A stretch of 57,646 bases of DNA from Octopus sinensis (Eukaryota). A model generated the notes under the pieces. It had not been told where the DNA came from and did not search any database. It saw only the letters and a program-made list of their open reading frames with translations. Location of the stretch: contig NW_021833854.1 of NCBI RefSeq assembly GCF_006345805.1, forward strand, positions 1 through 57,646, written 5' to 3'. Shown here piece after piece: positions 39,111 to 53,244 of the stretch. Each line of letters opens with the position of its first letter. The first letter of the stretch is position 1. A program made the translations under genes and the position numbers.

Positions 39111-39284
39111 GCGAAATTAACGATTATAAAAACCTGATCTTAGAACTCAATATGTGTGTGTATATATATATATGTATGTACATATAAATATATATGTGTG
39201 TGTGTGTGTGTATGTGTGTGTGCGCGCGTGTGTATAATTATATATGTATGTACATATATATATGTGTGTGTGTGTGTGCGTGTA

Positions 39285-39575
39285 TATACAGGAGTGGCTG
39301 TGTGGTAAGTAGTGTGTGTGTGTGTGTGTGTGTGTGCGTGTGTTGTGTGTGTGCCTGTGTCTGTGTCTTTGTTTGTCCCCCTACCATCGCTTGACAACCG
39401 ATCTTGGCGTGTTCACGTCCCCATAACTTGGCAGTTCGGCAAAAGAGGCCGATAGAATAAGTACTAGGCTTACAAAAAATATGTCCTGGGATCGATTTCT
39501 TCGACTAAAGGCGGTGCTCCAGCGTAGCCGCAGTCAAATGACCGAAACAAAGAAACGAATAAAATAATAAAAGAA
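39285..39575 (+). mobile_element. SINE family B
   Basis: GGAGTGGCTGTGTGGTAAG head joined to TGTTTGTCCCCCTACCATCGCTTGACAACCG...GGCGGTGCTCCAGCGTAGCCGCAGTCAAATG. Confidence 0.85.
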
Positions 39576-39842
39576 TACACACACACACACATACATAAAT
39601 GAAACACGCATTGAGTTGAAACAGGGGCAGCTGAAGAAGGGGAATGTTCCTTGTGTTGGCTGTCTGTACTCTGTTTTTTCGTTGTTAAAAAAAGTCCGTT
39701 TCTTGTTTGATTTTGTTTTCGTTTCTCGTTGTGTTTACGTTTATTTGTGGGTTCCTGTACTCATATATGCATGTATATATACATATAGATGTAGGTATGG
39801 ACATATGTATGCATGTATGCATATGTTTTATTTATTAATTGT

Positions 39843-39888
<46 letters not shown>

Positions 39889-40542
39889 TAGGAAGAAATG
39901 GAGCTGAACGAAGATTTAACAAAATTCCTTTTTATTATTTTCTACATATGTTTCTGACAGACGGAAGACGGAAGATACGAGAATTTTTATTAATCACTAC
40001 AATTGTTTCGACCCATCTAGCATCGATACCTCACGCTTGGCATACTTAACAACTGGTTCAGTAGCACCCGACGATGCAGATGTGTCTCTTCGAGTTGTAA
40101 ATAGACACAACTCGTTAAAATAACAGTTTTGCAATGTCTCTTCTCAGATCACGTAAAGAAAAGCAGCAAATTAAAGAATCGAATCCGCAATACAGCAAAA
40201 AAGTATTAAATATAACCGTTAACGGATATGAATGTATAAACGCCATCATGCAGGTTGTATAACGCATGTACACTCGCTCATACAAGAATCCACGAAGATG
40301 TAATCACACGCACACCTGTGGTTTAGCACACATTCTTTCACATAGCGAATTAAATATGTACTAGGGGATGTTGTAAAGTTTCTGGCTTTGGTTAAAAGAA
40401 TATGCAGAAGAATCAGTTAATTCTAATTTTATTCAACATATTCGCCAATTAGAGTCACACGCTTATGGTAGCAGTTTTGCCCTACGATTTTTCTAAGCCG
40501 TGCAAAAGAACTCAGATGGTGTATATATGTATGTATGTATGT

Positions 40543-40607
<65 letters not shown>

Positions 40608-40894
40608 GATAGAGATATATACAAAGAGAGAGTGAGAGAGAGAGAGAGAGGGAGGGAGAGAGAGAGAAAACAATCAGTGAGGGATTATCCGTCCGAGTAA
40701 CCCTTTCTATAATGGCTACTGAAAAACAGCTGTAAGCCAAATTTGCTATTATAAAGGAATTATATTTTATAAACATTATTTTAACTTGTCAATTACAGTA
40801 TATATAAACTCCAATTATACATTATTTTTTATAATAAAGTTATATATGCTCCAATTAAAGCGAGTAAATCTAAGCAATTGACTGAAAGAAGAAG

Positions 40895-40961
40895 GGCCGA
40901 ACCACTGGGGATCGAACACGACATCAATGCTTACAGAGCTCCCTACTCATCCAATTCAGGC
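40895..40961 (-). pseudogene. tRNA-like relic or isolated SINE head
   Basis: GCCTGAATTGGATGAGTAGGGAGCTCTGTAAGCATTGATGTCGTGTTCGATCCCCAGTGGTTCGGCC: B-box GTTCGATCC and tRNA-like length, but poor D and anticodon stems. Confidence 0.4.
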
Positions 40962-41690
40962 AGATAGCATATATTATTATTGTGACAATAATATATAATT
41001 CGTTATTATTGAAAGGCCTATGTGGTCGCTCTTCTCCGTAATTTACACCCTTCGGGCTTGTTTACAGATCATATATATAAATATATGTATGTATGTATGT
41101 ATGCATGCATGTATGTATGTATGTATGTATGTATGTATGTATGCATGTATGTAAGTATATGTATGTATGCATGCATGCATGTATGTATGTATGTACGTAT
41201 GCATGCATGTATGTAAGTATATGTATGTATGCATGCATGCATGTATGTATGTATGTATGTATGTATGTATGCATGTATGTATGTATGTATGTATGTATAA
41301 GCGCATCTATACTTGAAACAGCTGCAAGAGACTGCACCACTTCCTTCGTTCCTTCACTCTTCCCCTTCCTCTTACCATACAGCTTTGGAAGACCTGTTCT
41401 ACCCTGTGCCAATAAATCGAACTCTTCCTTGAGGATACTAGCCTATACCATAACCGGTATCAACCAACCCCCCACCCTCAACTGAGCCATACTCCAGTAA
41501 CAACGCAACCATCAAATTTAAACGTGGAAACATATTTCACTTATCTCCAGTTGTTCACCTGCTTCTATATTTTATTATGTCTGTGCGTGTGTGTGTGTGC
41601 GCGCGTGTGTGTGGTGTGTGTGTGTGTGCCTGTGTGTGTGTGTGTGCGTGTGTATGTGTGCGTGTGTATGCGTGTGTGTGTGTGTGTGTA

Positions 41691-41722
<32 letters not shown>

Positions 41723-41724
41723 TA

Positions 41725-41755
<31 letters not shown>

Positions 41756-41979
41756 TGTGTGTGTATCTGTGTCTGTGTGTGTACATAAGCGAAATGGATA
41801 TGATTTCCTGCTCCAAAGTTTTTGAAATTTGCTTTCTCATTTTGGTATTTCAAAACATTTTTACGCGCACTTCTCAAGCACGCACACGCACATGCATATA
41901 CACACAGAGAGAAGCATATCCATTATATATTATATATAATATATTATATATATATATATGAATATATATAATATATATA

Positions 41980-42010
<31 letters not shown>

Positions 42011-42021
<11 letters not shown>

Positions 42022-45000
42022 GAGGGCATTATACATACATGCCAGGAGGCATTCTACATACACGCCATACGCTAAGAGGGACAATCAGTCATTTCTACCA
42101 AAAATATTACTAATCCCACCGAATGCAATTTTTCAAAGAAAGACATTTAAAAATATATAGACCTGTATCACAGTGATTTCATACTTACGTAATCATCACA
42201 GGCCTGAATATACTATAAATAAACAACGACCCTGCTTCGCTAAGCCGATCAGCTAACTGATCACATCAACGAAGCACATGGGTGGGTTTATATACTATAT
42301 CCGGATGAATGGCAACTTTTTACGAATTGCATTTCGGGAGAGAAAAGTTTTTTTCGGAATAAAAATTTAGCAATTTAAGGACAACCACTTAATAAGGAAA
42401 ACTTAACAAGAAATTGTCAGGTAGATAGCGTAACCTCATAAGAGAAAAAATTTCGAAAATAATTATTTCTTATTGAACATATTAATTTATATATAGAGGG
42501 CATTATACATACATGCCAGGAGGCATTCTACATACACGCCATACGCTAAGAGGACAATCAGTCATTTCTAACCAAAAATATTACTAATCCCACCGAATGC
42601 AATTTTTCAAAGAAAGACATTTAAAAATATATAGACCTGTATCACAGTGATTTCATACTTACGTAATCATCAGCAGGCCTGAATATACTATAAATAACCA
42701 CGACCCTGCTTCGCTTAAGCCGATCAGCTAACTGATCACATCAACGAAGCACATGGGTGGGTTTATATATACTATATCCGGATGAATGGCAAACTTTTAC
42801 GAATTGCATTTCGGGAGAGGAAAAGTTTTTTCGGATAAAAAATTTAGCAATTAAGGACAACCACTTAATAAGGAAAACTTAACAAGAAATTGTCAGTTAG
42901 ATAGCGTAAAAACCTCATAAGAGAAAAATTTCGAAAAAATTATTTCTTATTGAACATATTAATTATATATAGAGGGCATTATACATACATGCCAGGAGGC
43001 ATTCTACATACACGCCATACGCTAAGAGGGACAATCAGTCATTTCTACCAAAAATATTACTATCCCACCGAATGCAATTTTTCAAAGAAAGACATTTAAA
43101 AATATATAGACCTGTATCACAGTGATTTCATACTTACGTAATCATCAGCAGGCCTGAATATACTAAAATAAACAACGACCCTGCTTCGCTTAAGCCGATC
43201 AGCTAACTGATCAACATCAACGAAGCACATGGGTGGGTTTATTATACTATATCCGGATGAATGGCAAACTTTTACGAATTGCATTCGGGAGAGGAAAAGT
43301 TTTTCGGAATAAAAAATTTAGCAATTAAGGACAACCACTTAATAAGGAAACTTAACAAGATTGTCAGGTAGATAGCGTAAAAAACCTCATAAGAAAAAAT
43401 TTCGAAAATAATTATTTCTTATTGAACATATTAATTTATATAGAGGGCATTATACATACATGCCAGGAGGCATTCTACATACACGCCATACGCTAAGAGG
43501 GAAATCAGTCATTTCTACCAAAATATTACTAATCCCACCGAATGCAATTTTTCAAAGAAGACATTTAAAAATATATAGACCTGTATCACAGTGATTTCAT
43601 ACTTACGTAATCATCAGCAGGCCTGAATATACTATAAATAAACAACGACCCTGCTTCGCTTAAGAAGCGATCAGCTAACTGATCAACATCAACGAAGCAC
43701 ATGGGTGGGTTTATATATATATATCCGGATGAATGGCAAACTTTTACGAGTTGCATTTCGGAGAGGAAAAGTTTTTTTCGAATAAAAATTTAGCAATTAA
43801 GGACAACCACTTAATAAGGAAAACTTAACAAGAAATTGTCAGGTAGATAGCGTAAAAACCTCATAAGAGAAAAATTTCGAAAATAATTATTTCTTATTGA
43901 ACATATTAATTTATATATAGAGGGCATTATACATACATGCCAGGAGGCATTCTACATACACGCCATACGCTAAGAGGGACAATCAGTCATTTCTACCAAA
44001 AATATTACTAATCCCACCGAATGCAATTTTTCAAAGAAAGACATTTAAAAATATATAGACCTGTATCACAGTGATTTCATACTTACGTAATCATCAGCAG
44101 GCCTGAATATACTATAAATAACAACGACCCTGCTTCGCTTAAGCCGATCAGCTAACTGATCAACATCAACGAAGCACATGGGTGGGTTTATATATACTAT
44201 ATCCGGATGAATGGCAAACTTTTACGAATTGCATTTCGGGAGAGGAAAAGTTTTTTCGGAATAAAAATTTAGCAATTAAGGACAACCACTTAATAAGGAA
44301 AACTTAACAAGAAATGTCAGGTAGATAGCGTAAAAACCTCATAAGAGAAAAATTTTCGAAAATAATTATTTCTTATTGAACATATTAATTTATATATAGA
44401 GGGCATTATACATACATGCCAGGAGGCATTCTACATACACGCCATACGCTAAGAGGGACAATCAGTCATTTCTACCAAAAATATTACTAATCCCACCGAA
44501 TGCAATTTTTCAAAGAAAGACATTTAAAAATATATAGACCTGTATCACAGTGATTTCATACTTACGTAATCATCAGCAGGCCTGAATATACTATAAATAA
44601 ACAACGACCCTGCTTCGCTTAAGCCGATCAGCTAACTAATCAACATCAACGACACATGGGTGGGTTTATATATACTATATCCGGATGAATGGCAAACTTT
44701 TACGAATTGCATTCGGGAGAGGAAAAGTTTTTTCGGAATAAAAAATTTAGCAATTAATAAGACAACCACTTAATAAGGAAAACTTAACAAGAAATTGTCA
44801 GGTAGATAGCGTAAAAACCTCATAAGAGAAAAAATTTCGAAAATAATTATTTCTTATTGAACATATTTTATATATAGAGGGTATTATACATACATGCCAG
44901 GAGGCATTCTACATACACGCCATACGCTAAGAGGGACAATCAGTCATTTCTACCAAAAATATTACTAATCCCACCGAATGCATTTTTCAAAGAAAGACAT

Positions 45001-46984
45001 TTAAAAATATATAGACCTGTATCACAGTGATTTCATACTTACGTAATCATCAGCAGGCCTGAATATACTATAAATAAACAACGACCCTGCTTCGCTTAAG
45101 CCGATCAGCTAACTGATCAACATCAACGAAGCACATGGGTGGGTTTATATATACTATATCCGGATGAATGGAAACTTTTACGAGTTGCATTCGGGAGAGG
45201 AAAAGTTTTTTCGGAATAAAAATTTAGCAATTAAGGACACCACTTAATAAGGAAAACTTAAACAAGAAATGTCAGGTAGATAGCGTAAAAACCTCATAAG
45301 AGAAAAAATTTCGAAAATAATTATTTCTTATTGAACATTAATTTATATATAGAGGGCATTATACATACATGCCAGGAGGCATTCTACATACACGCCATAC
45401 GCTAAGAGGGACAATCAGTCATTTCTATTCTACCAAAAATATTACTAATCCCACCCCCGAATGCAATTTTTCAAAGAAAGACATTTAAAAATATTATACC
45501 TGTATCACAGTGATTTCATACTTACGTAATCATCAGCAGGCCTGAATATACTATAAATAAACAACGACCCTGCTTCGCTTAAGCCGATCAGCTAACTGAT
45601 CAACATCAACGAAGCACATGGGTGGGTTTATTATATCTACTATATCCGGATGAATGGCAAACTTTTACGAATTGCATTTCGGAGAGGAAAAGTTTTTTTC
45701 GGAATAAAAAATTTAGCAATTAAGGACAACCACTTAATAAGGAAAACTTAAACAAGAAATTGTCAGGTAGATAGCGTAAAAAACCTCATAAGAGAAAAAA
45801 TTTCGAAAATAATTATTTCTTATTGAACATATTAATTTATATATGAGGGCATTTATACATACATGCCAGGAGGCATTCTACATACACGCCATACGCTAAG
45901 AGGGACAATCAGTCATTTTCTACCAAAAATATTACTAATCCCACCGAATGCAATTTTTCAAAGAAAGACATTTAAAAATATATAGACCTGTATCACAGTG
46001 ATTTCATACTTACGTAATCATCAGCAGGCCTGAATATACTATAAATAAACAACGACCCTGCTTCGCTTAAGCCGATCAGCTAACTGATCAACATCAACGA
46101 AGCACATGGGTGGGTTTATATATACTATATCCGGATGAATGGCAAACTTTTACGAATTGCATTTCGGGAGAGGAAAAGTTTTTTCGGAATAAAAAATTTA
46201 GCAATTAAGGACAACCACTTAATAAGGAAAACTTAACAAGAAATTGTCAGGTAGATAGCGTAAAAACCTCATAAGAGAAAAAATTTCGAAAATAATTATT
46301 TCTTATTGAACATATTAATTTATATATAGAGGGCATTATACATACATGCCAGGAGGCATTCTACATACACGCCATACGCTAAGAGGGACAATCAGTCATT
46401 TCTACCAAAAATATTACTAATCCCACCGAATGCATTTTTCAAAGAAAGACATTTAAAAATATATAGACCTGTATCACAGTGATTTCATACATACTACGTA
46501 ATCATCAGCAGGCCTGAATATACTATAAATAAACAACGACCCTGCTTCGCTTAAGCCGATCAGCTAACTGATCAACATCAACGAAGCACATGGGTGGTTT
46601 ATATATACTATATCCGGATGAATGGCAAACTTTTACGATTGCATTTCGGGAGAGGAAAAGTTTTTTCGGAATAAAAAATTTAGCAATTAAGGACAACCAC
46701 TTAATAAGGAAAACTTAACAAAAAATTGTCAGGTAGATAGCGTAAAACCTCATAAGAGAAAAAATTTCGAAAATAATTATTTCTTATTGAACATATTAAT
46801 TTATATATAGAGGGCATTATACATACATGCCAGGAGGCATTCTACATACACGCATACGCTAAGAGGGACAATCAGTCATTTCTACCAAAAATATTACTAT
46901 CCCACCGAATGCAATTTTTCAAAGAAAGACATTTAAAAATATATAGACCTGTATCACAGTGATTTCATACTTACGTAATCATCA
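42011..46984 (-). repeat. Tandem array of ~479-bp units (10 complete plus 1 partial); candidate non-LTR retrozyme array
   Basis: Unit marker AGAGGGCATTATAC at about 42021, 42495, 42971, 43442, 43919, 44398, 44876, 45351, 45844, 46328 and 46809; units differ mainly by small indels; no ORF in the track; (TA)n on both flanks; one hammerhead motif per unit. Confidence 0.95.
42633..42680 (-). ncRNA. Type I hammerhead ribozyme motif (representative copy; one per array unit)
   Basis: Minus strand AGGCCUG-CUGAUGA-UUAC(GUAA)GUAU-GAA-AUCACUGUGAU-A-CAGGUCU: 7-bp stem I, full core, AUA triplet. Identical copies at 43108, 43577, 44057, 44536, 45013 and 45984; core intact at 45496; variants at 42159 (C3 missing) and 46465 (stem II altered); truncated at 46945-46984. 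Position 10.1-11.1 is U-U instead of the usual G-C. Confidence 0.8.
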
Positions 46985-46994
46985 TTATATATAT

Positions 46995-47042
<48 letters not shown>

Positions 47043-47708
47043 TATATATACATATATATATATATTATATATATATATATATATATAATATATATATATA
47101 TTTAATATATATATTAGAAGAAATAGCTATAACTCTTTGACTGCTATTTCTAAATTCGTATGTGGTAAGGCAATTCGTTGCTAAACCCTTTATTGCTTAG
47201 TATTACTATATATATATACATATATATACATATATATACGCGTAGACGTCTGTGTGTGTAATGCACCAATTTCTATCAGATGTGTGGTGTGTAGAGGTGC
47301 GAAGATCAAAGGAGGACGAATTAATTGCAGCTTCCATTCTAAAAGAATATTGTCTCAGTTTTGGTTTAAATCCCAGACAGGGTTTTGTTTCTGCAAGCGA
47401 TGGATGGAACTATAGAAACGGTCGTACGGATATACGTATATACACACACACACACACACATATTCAGAGAATAAGAAGGGAAGGGAGAGAGGTAAAGAGA
47501 GTGAGAATGTTTCGCATACGCTTGGAGACATCCCCATCCAGTTTCTTAGATTTGGTGACCCGTTAAGTATTTGGCGGACTTTCGTAGATTAAGCGAATAA
47601 TGGTTTTAACAGCGATATAAACTATAGATATTCTACACACTTAATTCGGTGTGCACTTAAGCTTCTGAAGATTCACACACATATTCTATACATACATTTA
47701 AGTGGGTG

Positions 47709-47747
<39 letters not shown>

Positions 47748-47904
47748 GTCTATATGTATATATCTATATGTGTGATTAACGGTGAAGAAATAATATATTC
47801 TAAAAAGAAATAATGAATATATTCACGAACGATTTAACGATCAACAGTTTATAGCTAGATAAGTAGTTATACCAACATATATGTGTTTAGGGAAAGGAGA
47901 AAGC

Positions 47905-50340
<2,436 letters not shown>

Positions 50341-50704
50341 AATGAAGTTGGACAAGTTATATATATAGTGGAAACAATACGGAAGATAGAGTGTAATCGA
50401 AACTTTATTTGTCACAGCGATCGTTTCGACATATCGTACACCGCTCCCTCGTGGGTTGCAAACTATACAATGAATTCCCGCAGTGCAGAAGCATCTCTTC
50501 AGTTAATATAATTTGCTTTCTCGTTATATAAGTGACGTTTCGCTCTTCGCTCTGGAGCTTAAATACGCAACCCTATGTGTATATATACATGTTTGTTACA
50601 CCATTAACTTGCTACATCTTGTCCAAATGTTGCTGAAGTGGTTAATCGTTATTTTCATGCATAATATAGACATTAACTGTTTATTCTTTATCATATAGCT
50701 TTGA

Positions 50705-51160
50705 TAATGAGTGGTTAAAACAAAATTGCAGTTATAGGCATTTTACGCTCCCTGTGGAAAAACGGACTGAGTAGAAGTACAGCAATAAAAGAAATTAATG
50801 GGGTGGAAATTCGAGGAAATGTCAATGAACGTGTGGCAGAAAATTGGTTCAGACATTTCAAGGGAATATTTTGAGGCATACCAGCCTCAAAGACAAACCA
50901 ATTGTGGAAGATGAGGCATCGTTTGGAATGCTTGAGGTAACACCAAGCACAATCACTCGTACATTTTCGGCAGAACTTGGTCCTTGACAAAACACAAGAA
51001 ATCGACACTTCCATAAGCTCGGCTTGTGAACAGACGCTGTAGACATGTGTCTCATGGAGTGACCAATGACCAAGCTCAACGACTTGTAAATATATGCAAA
51101 CATCTGCAAATCCTCAAGAAACCGGGTTTTTTTTTTTTTGGCGTCGATTTGTAACTGAGA
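50705..51160 (+). mobile_element. Mariner transposase N-terminal relic
   Basis: VIGILRSLWKNGLSRSTAIKEINGVE..GNVNERVAENWFRHFK..SLKDKP...RHVSHGVTNDQAQRLVNICKHL...FWRRFVT; no TIR pair found. Confidence 0.7.
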
Positions 51161-51528
51161 TGATGTCTCTTCGTAATCCTAAAACGAGAGAAATCAGTGT
51201 CTTCGCTTTAAATTCAGGGACAATGCAACTTATAATCAGTGCATTAGCAAAGAATCATATTTTATCGCAAAATATACACTCCTTTCGAATGCTTCCACCT
51301 CAGATGACGCTACTACAAGGACCTTAGAATAATACCCATGCAAATATTAAAAACGATATATTTAAAACAGTCACTACTCATGAATTTATTCAGAGCAATT
51401 CCAATCACTACTGCTATAACCACAACAAATCGCTTTTAGGTCACTTGACCACTTATGAAGACTTTACCAACAGTCTACTGCTGTCATACAACTACCGTCT
51501 TTTTCTTCTTTCTCTACTTTTCCTACTG

Positions 51529-51640
51529 CTTCTTCTTCTTCTTCTTCTTCTTCTTCTTCTTCTTCTTCTTCTTCTTCTTCTTCTTCTTCTTCTTCTTCTT
51601 CTTCTTCTTCTTCTTCTTCTTCTTCTTCTTCTTCTTCTTC
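51529..51640. repeat. Pure (CTT)n tract, about 37 units
   Basis: Direct reading. Confidence 0.95.
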
Positions 51641-51850
51641 GGCTACTGCTGCTTAAACAATTAATTTTTCCACAATTTAATTGCTTTTCATGCTTTACGC
51701 TAAGTTGAAAAAGTCGCAAAGACTGAAACCGGTACTAAAATGTTCTTCATGATAAAATTATTTTACCATTTCCTACCTTGTCTTATACATATCAACTCGT
51801 GTGTTTCTTTTCAACCTTCTACACCCACACACATACATGCATGTATGTAA

Positions 51851-51886
<36 letters not shown>

Positions 51887-51983
51887 TGTATGTATGTATG
51901 TATGTATGTGTATGTGTAAATAAATATACGTATGTGTGTGCTAAAAGGCAAATACAGTGCAGTTACAATGGAGAAAATATCTC

Positions 51984-52060
51984 TCTTTGTTACATCTTTG
52001 TTACATCTTTGTTACATCTTTGTTACATCTTTGTTACATCTTTGTTACATCTTTGTTACA
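51984..52060. repeat. 11-bp minisatellite (TCTTTGTTACA) x7
   Basis: Seven perfect copies. Confidence 0.95.
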
Positions 52061-52106
52061 TCCCATTGACAAGAGTCAATAAACTCGAAACATCGATGTC
52101 TGGGAT
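52060..52106 (+). ncRNA. Type I hammerhead ribozyme motif, U3-A8 covariant core
   Basis: AUCCCA-UUGACAA-GAGU(caauaa)ACUC-GAA-ACAUCGAUGU-C-UGGGAU: perfect 6-bp stem I, G10.1-C11.1, palindromic stem III, GUC triplet, compensatory C3U/G8A pair. Confidence 0.85.
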
Positions 52107-52300
52107 TCCTCATAGATGGCGACCTTGGACAAATCGAGTGTTTACACACCGTTTTACCATAAGAGAGATATTTTCTCCACGGAAACAGAAGTGTATTTGC
52201 CTTTTAGTAGTTGAAATGCCACTCACAAATTTTAACTAACCTAATTTTACTTCTTCCTAAACACTGCTTGACGCTAACACTTCGATATATATATATATAT

Positions 52301-52346
<46 letters not shown>

Positions 52347-52384
52347 CTTGTGTGTGTCTGTGTCTGTGTCTGTGTTGTATATGT

Positions 52385-52640
52385 ATAGTGGTGGTGCATG
52401 GCTCAGTAGTTCGAGTATTGCACTCATGATTCCTAGACAGAGTGGTACGTTATGTTCTTGAACAAAACACTTCATCTGACGCTGCTCAGCGATCACTTCG
52501 ACTCCTGACCGTGCGTAGTACCCCGAGTACCTATTCAGACAACGTCGAATTGATGGAGAGGATGAACTAATGTACGGCGCATACATTTGATTGGACGTTT
52601 GGCAAAAAAACTGAAAGACCATACGTCGTCTTCAACAGAA
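52385..52640 (+). mobile_element. Degenerate tRNA-derived SINE
   Basis: TGGCTCAGTAGTTCGAG A-box-like head; TTCTTGAACAAAACACTTCATC as in family C. Confidence 0.55.
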
Positions 52641-52817
52641 GTGTCCATTATATACATACATGCATGCATGCATACATACATACATACATACATACATGTA
52701 TGCATGCATTCATACATACATATATACATGCATACTTACATACATACATGCATGCGTGTGTGTGTGTATTTGTGTGTGGTGTGTATGTGTGTGTATTGTG
52801 TGTGTGTGTGTGTGTGT

Positions 52818-52852
<35 letters not shown>

Positions 52853-53244
52853 CAAGCGATAACCACCATCTCGACAATTGTAACATCTCTTACTATAACC
52901 CATCACATTTCCATTCACTCAACCTCGCTCAGTACTTGCATGGGATCTTTTCAATTGTGTGGCCAGGAGCCCAGATCTTTCTACTTAACTAAATAATTTT
53001 AAACTTCGTATGCTGGTACAGTGTTTCAAAACAAGACACAGATTGGAACTAGTTTATTTGAGAAAAATCTATTTATGACTTTAATCGTAGATTAAAACTG
53101 CGAATTTAACCAATGAGATTGCTTGTTTTCATATTTAATACTTACTGCATTCTGTTAGTGTGACGTAGAAAGCAGTTTTGTGACATACACGAGTAAAAAA
53201 TTTCATCGTTATTGTTTTGTTTACGTGTTACTGAAGATGGGAAA

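Larger units (their letters stand above)
51941..52208. mobile_element. Small inverted-repeat element enclosing a hammerhead (PLE-like)
   Basis: CTAAAAGGCAAATACA...TGGAGAAAATATCTCTCT (51941-51986) and its imperfect reverse complement (about 52163-52208). Confidence 0.65.

Noticed and set aside
41300-41520. Minus-strand frame EEFDLLAQGRTGLPKLYGKRKGKSEGTKEVVQSLAAV
   Set aside because: Short, with no recognisable motif or splice context; possibly an old LINE remnant but unsupported.
44140-44180. Plus-strand hammerhead in the unit (CTGATCA...CGAAG)
   Set aside because: The core is CUGAUCA with GAAG instead of GAAA, and there is no stem II, stem III or NUH geometry.
42186-46984. Repeated 16-nt micro-exon on the minus strand (ttcag|GCCTGCTGATGATTAC|gtaagt) in each array unit
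   Set aside because: The splice-like signals are real, but 16 nt is not frame-preserving and the same bases are fully explained by hammerhead stem I, core and stem II, together with GAAA, stem III and the complementary stem I strand. Spliced RNA-seq would settle it.
42011-46984. CRISPR array, 5S/rDNA/snRNA gene cluster or coding tandem repeat
   Set aside because: No repeat-spacer pattern, no recognisable rRNA or snRNA sequence or A/B/C boxes, no ORF, and a eukaryotic context.
50411-50456. Minus-strand GAAA-CGAUCG palindrome resembling a hammerhead 3' half (similar at about 47400-47420 on the plus strand)
   Set aside because: The CUGANGA core and cleavage triplet are missing or decayed.
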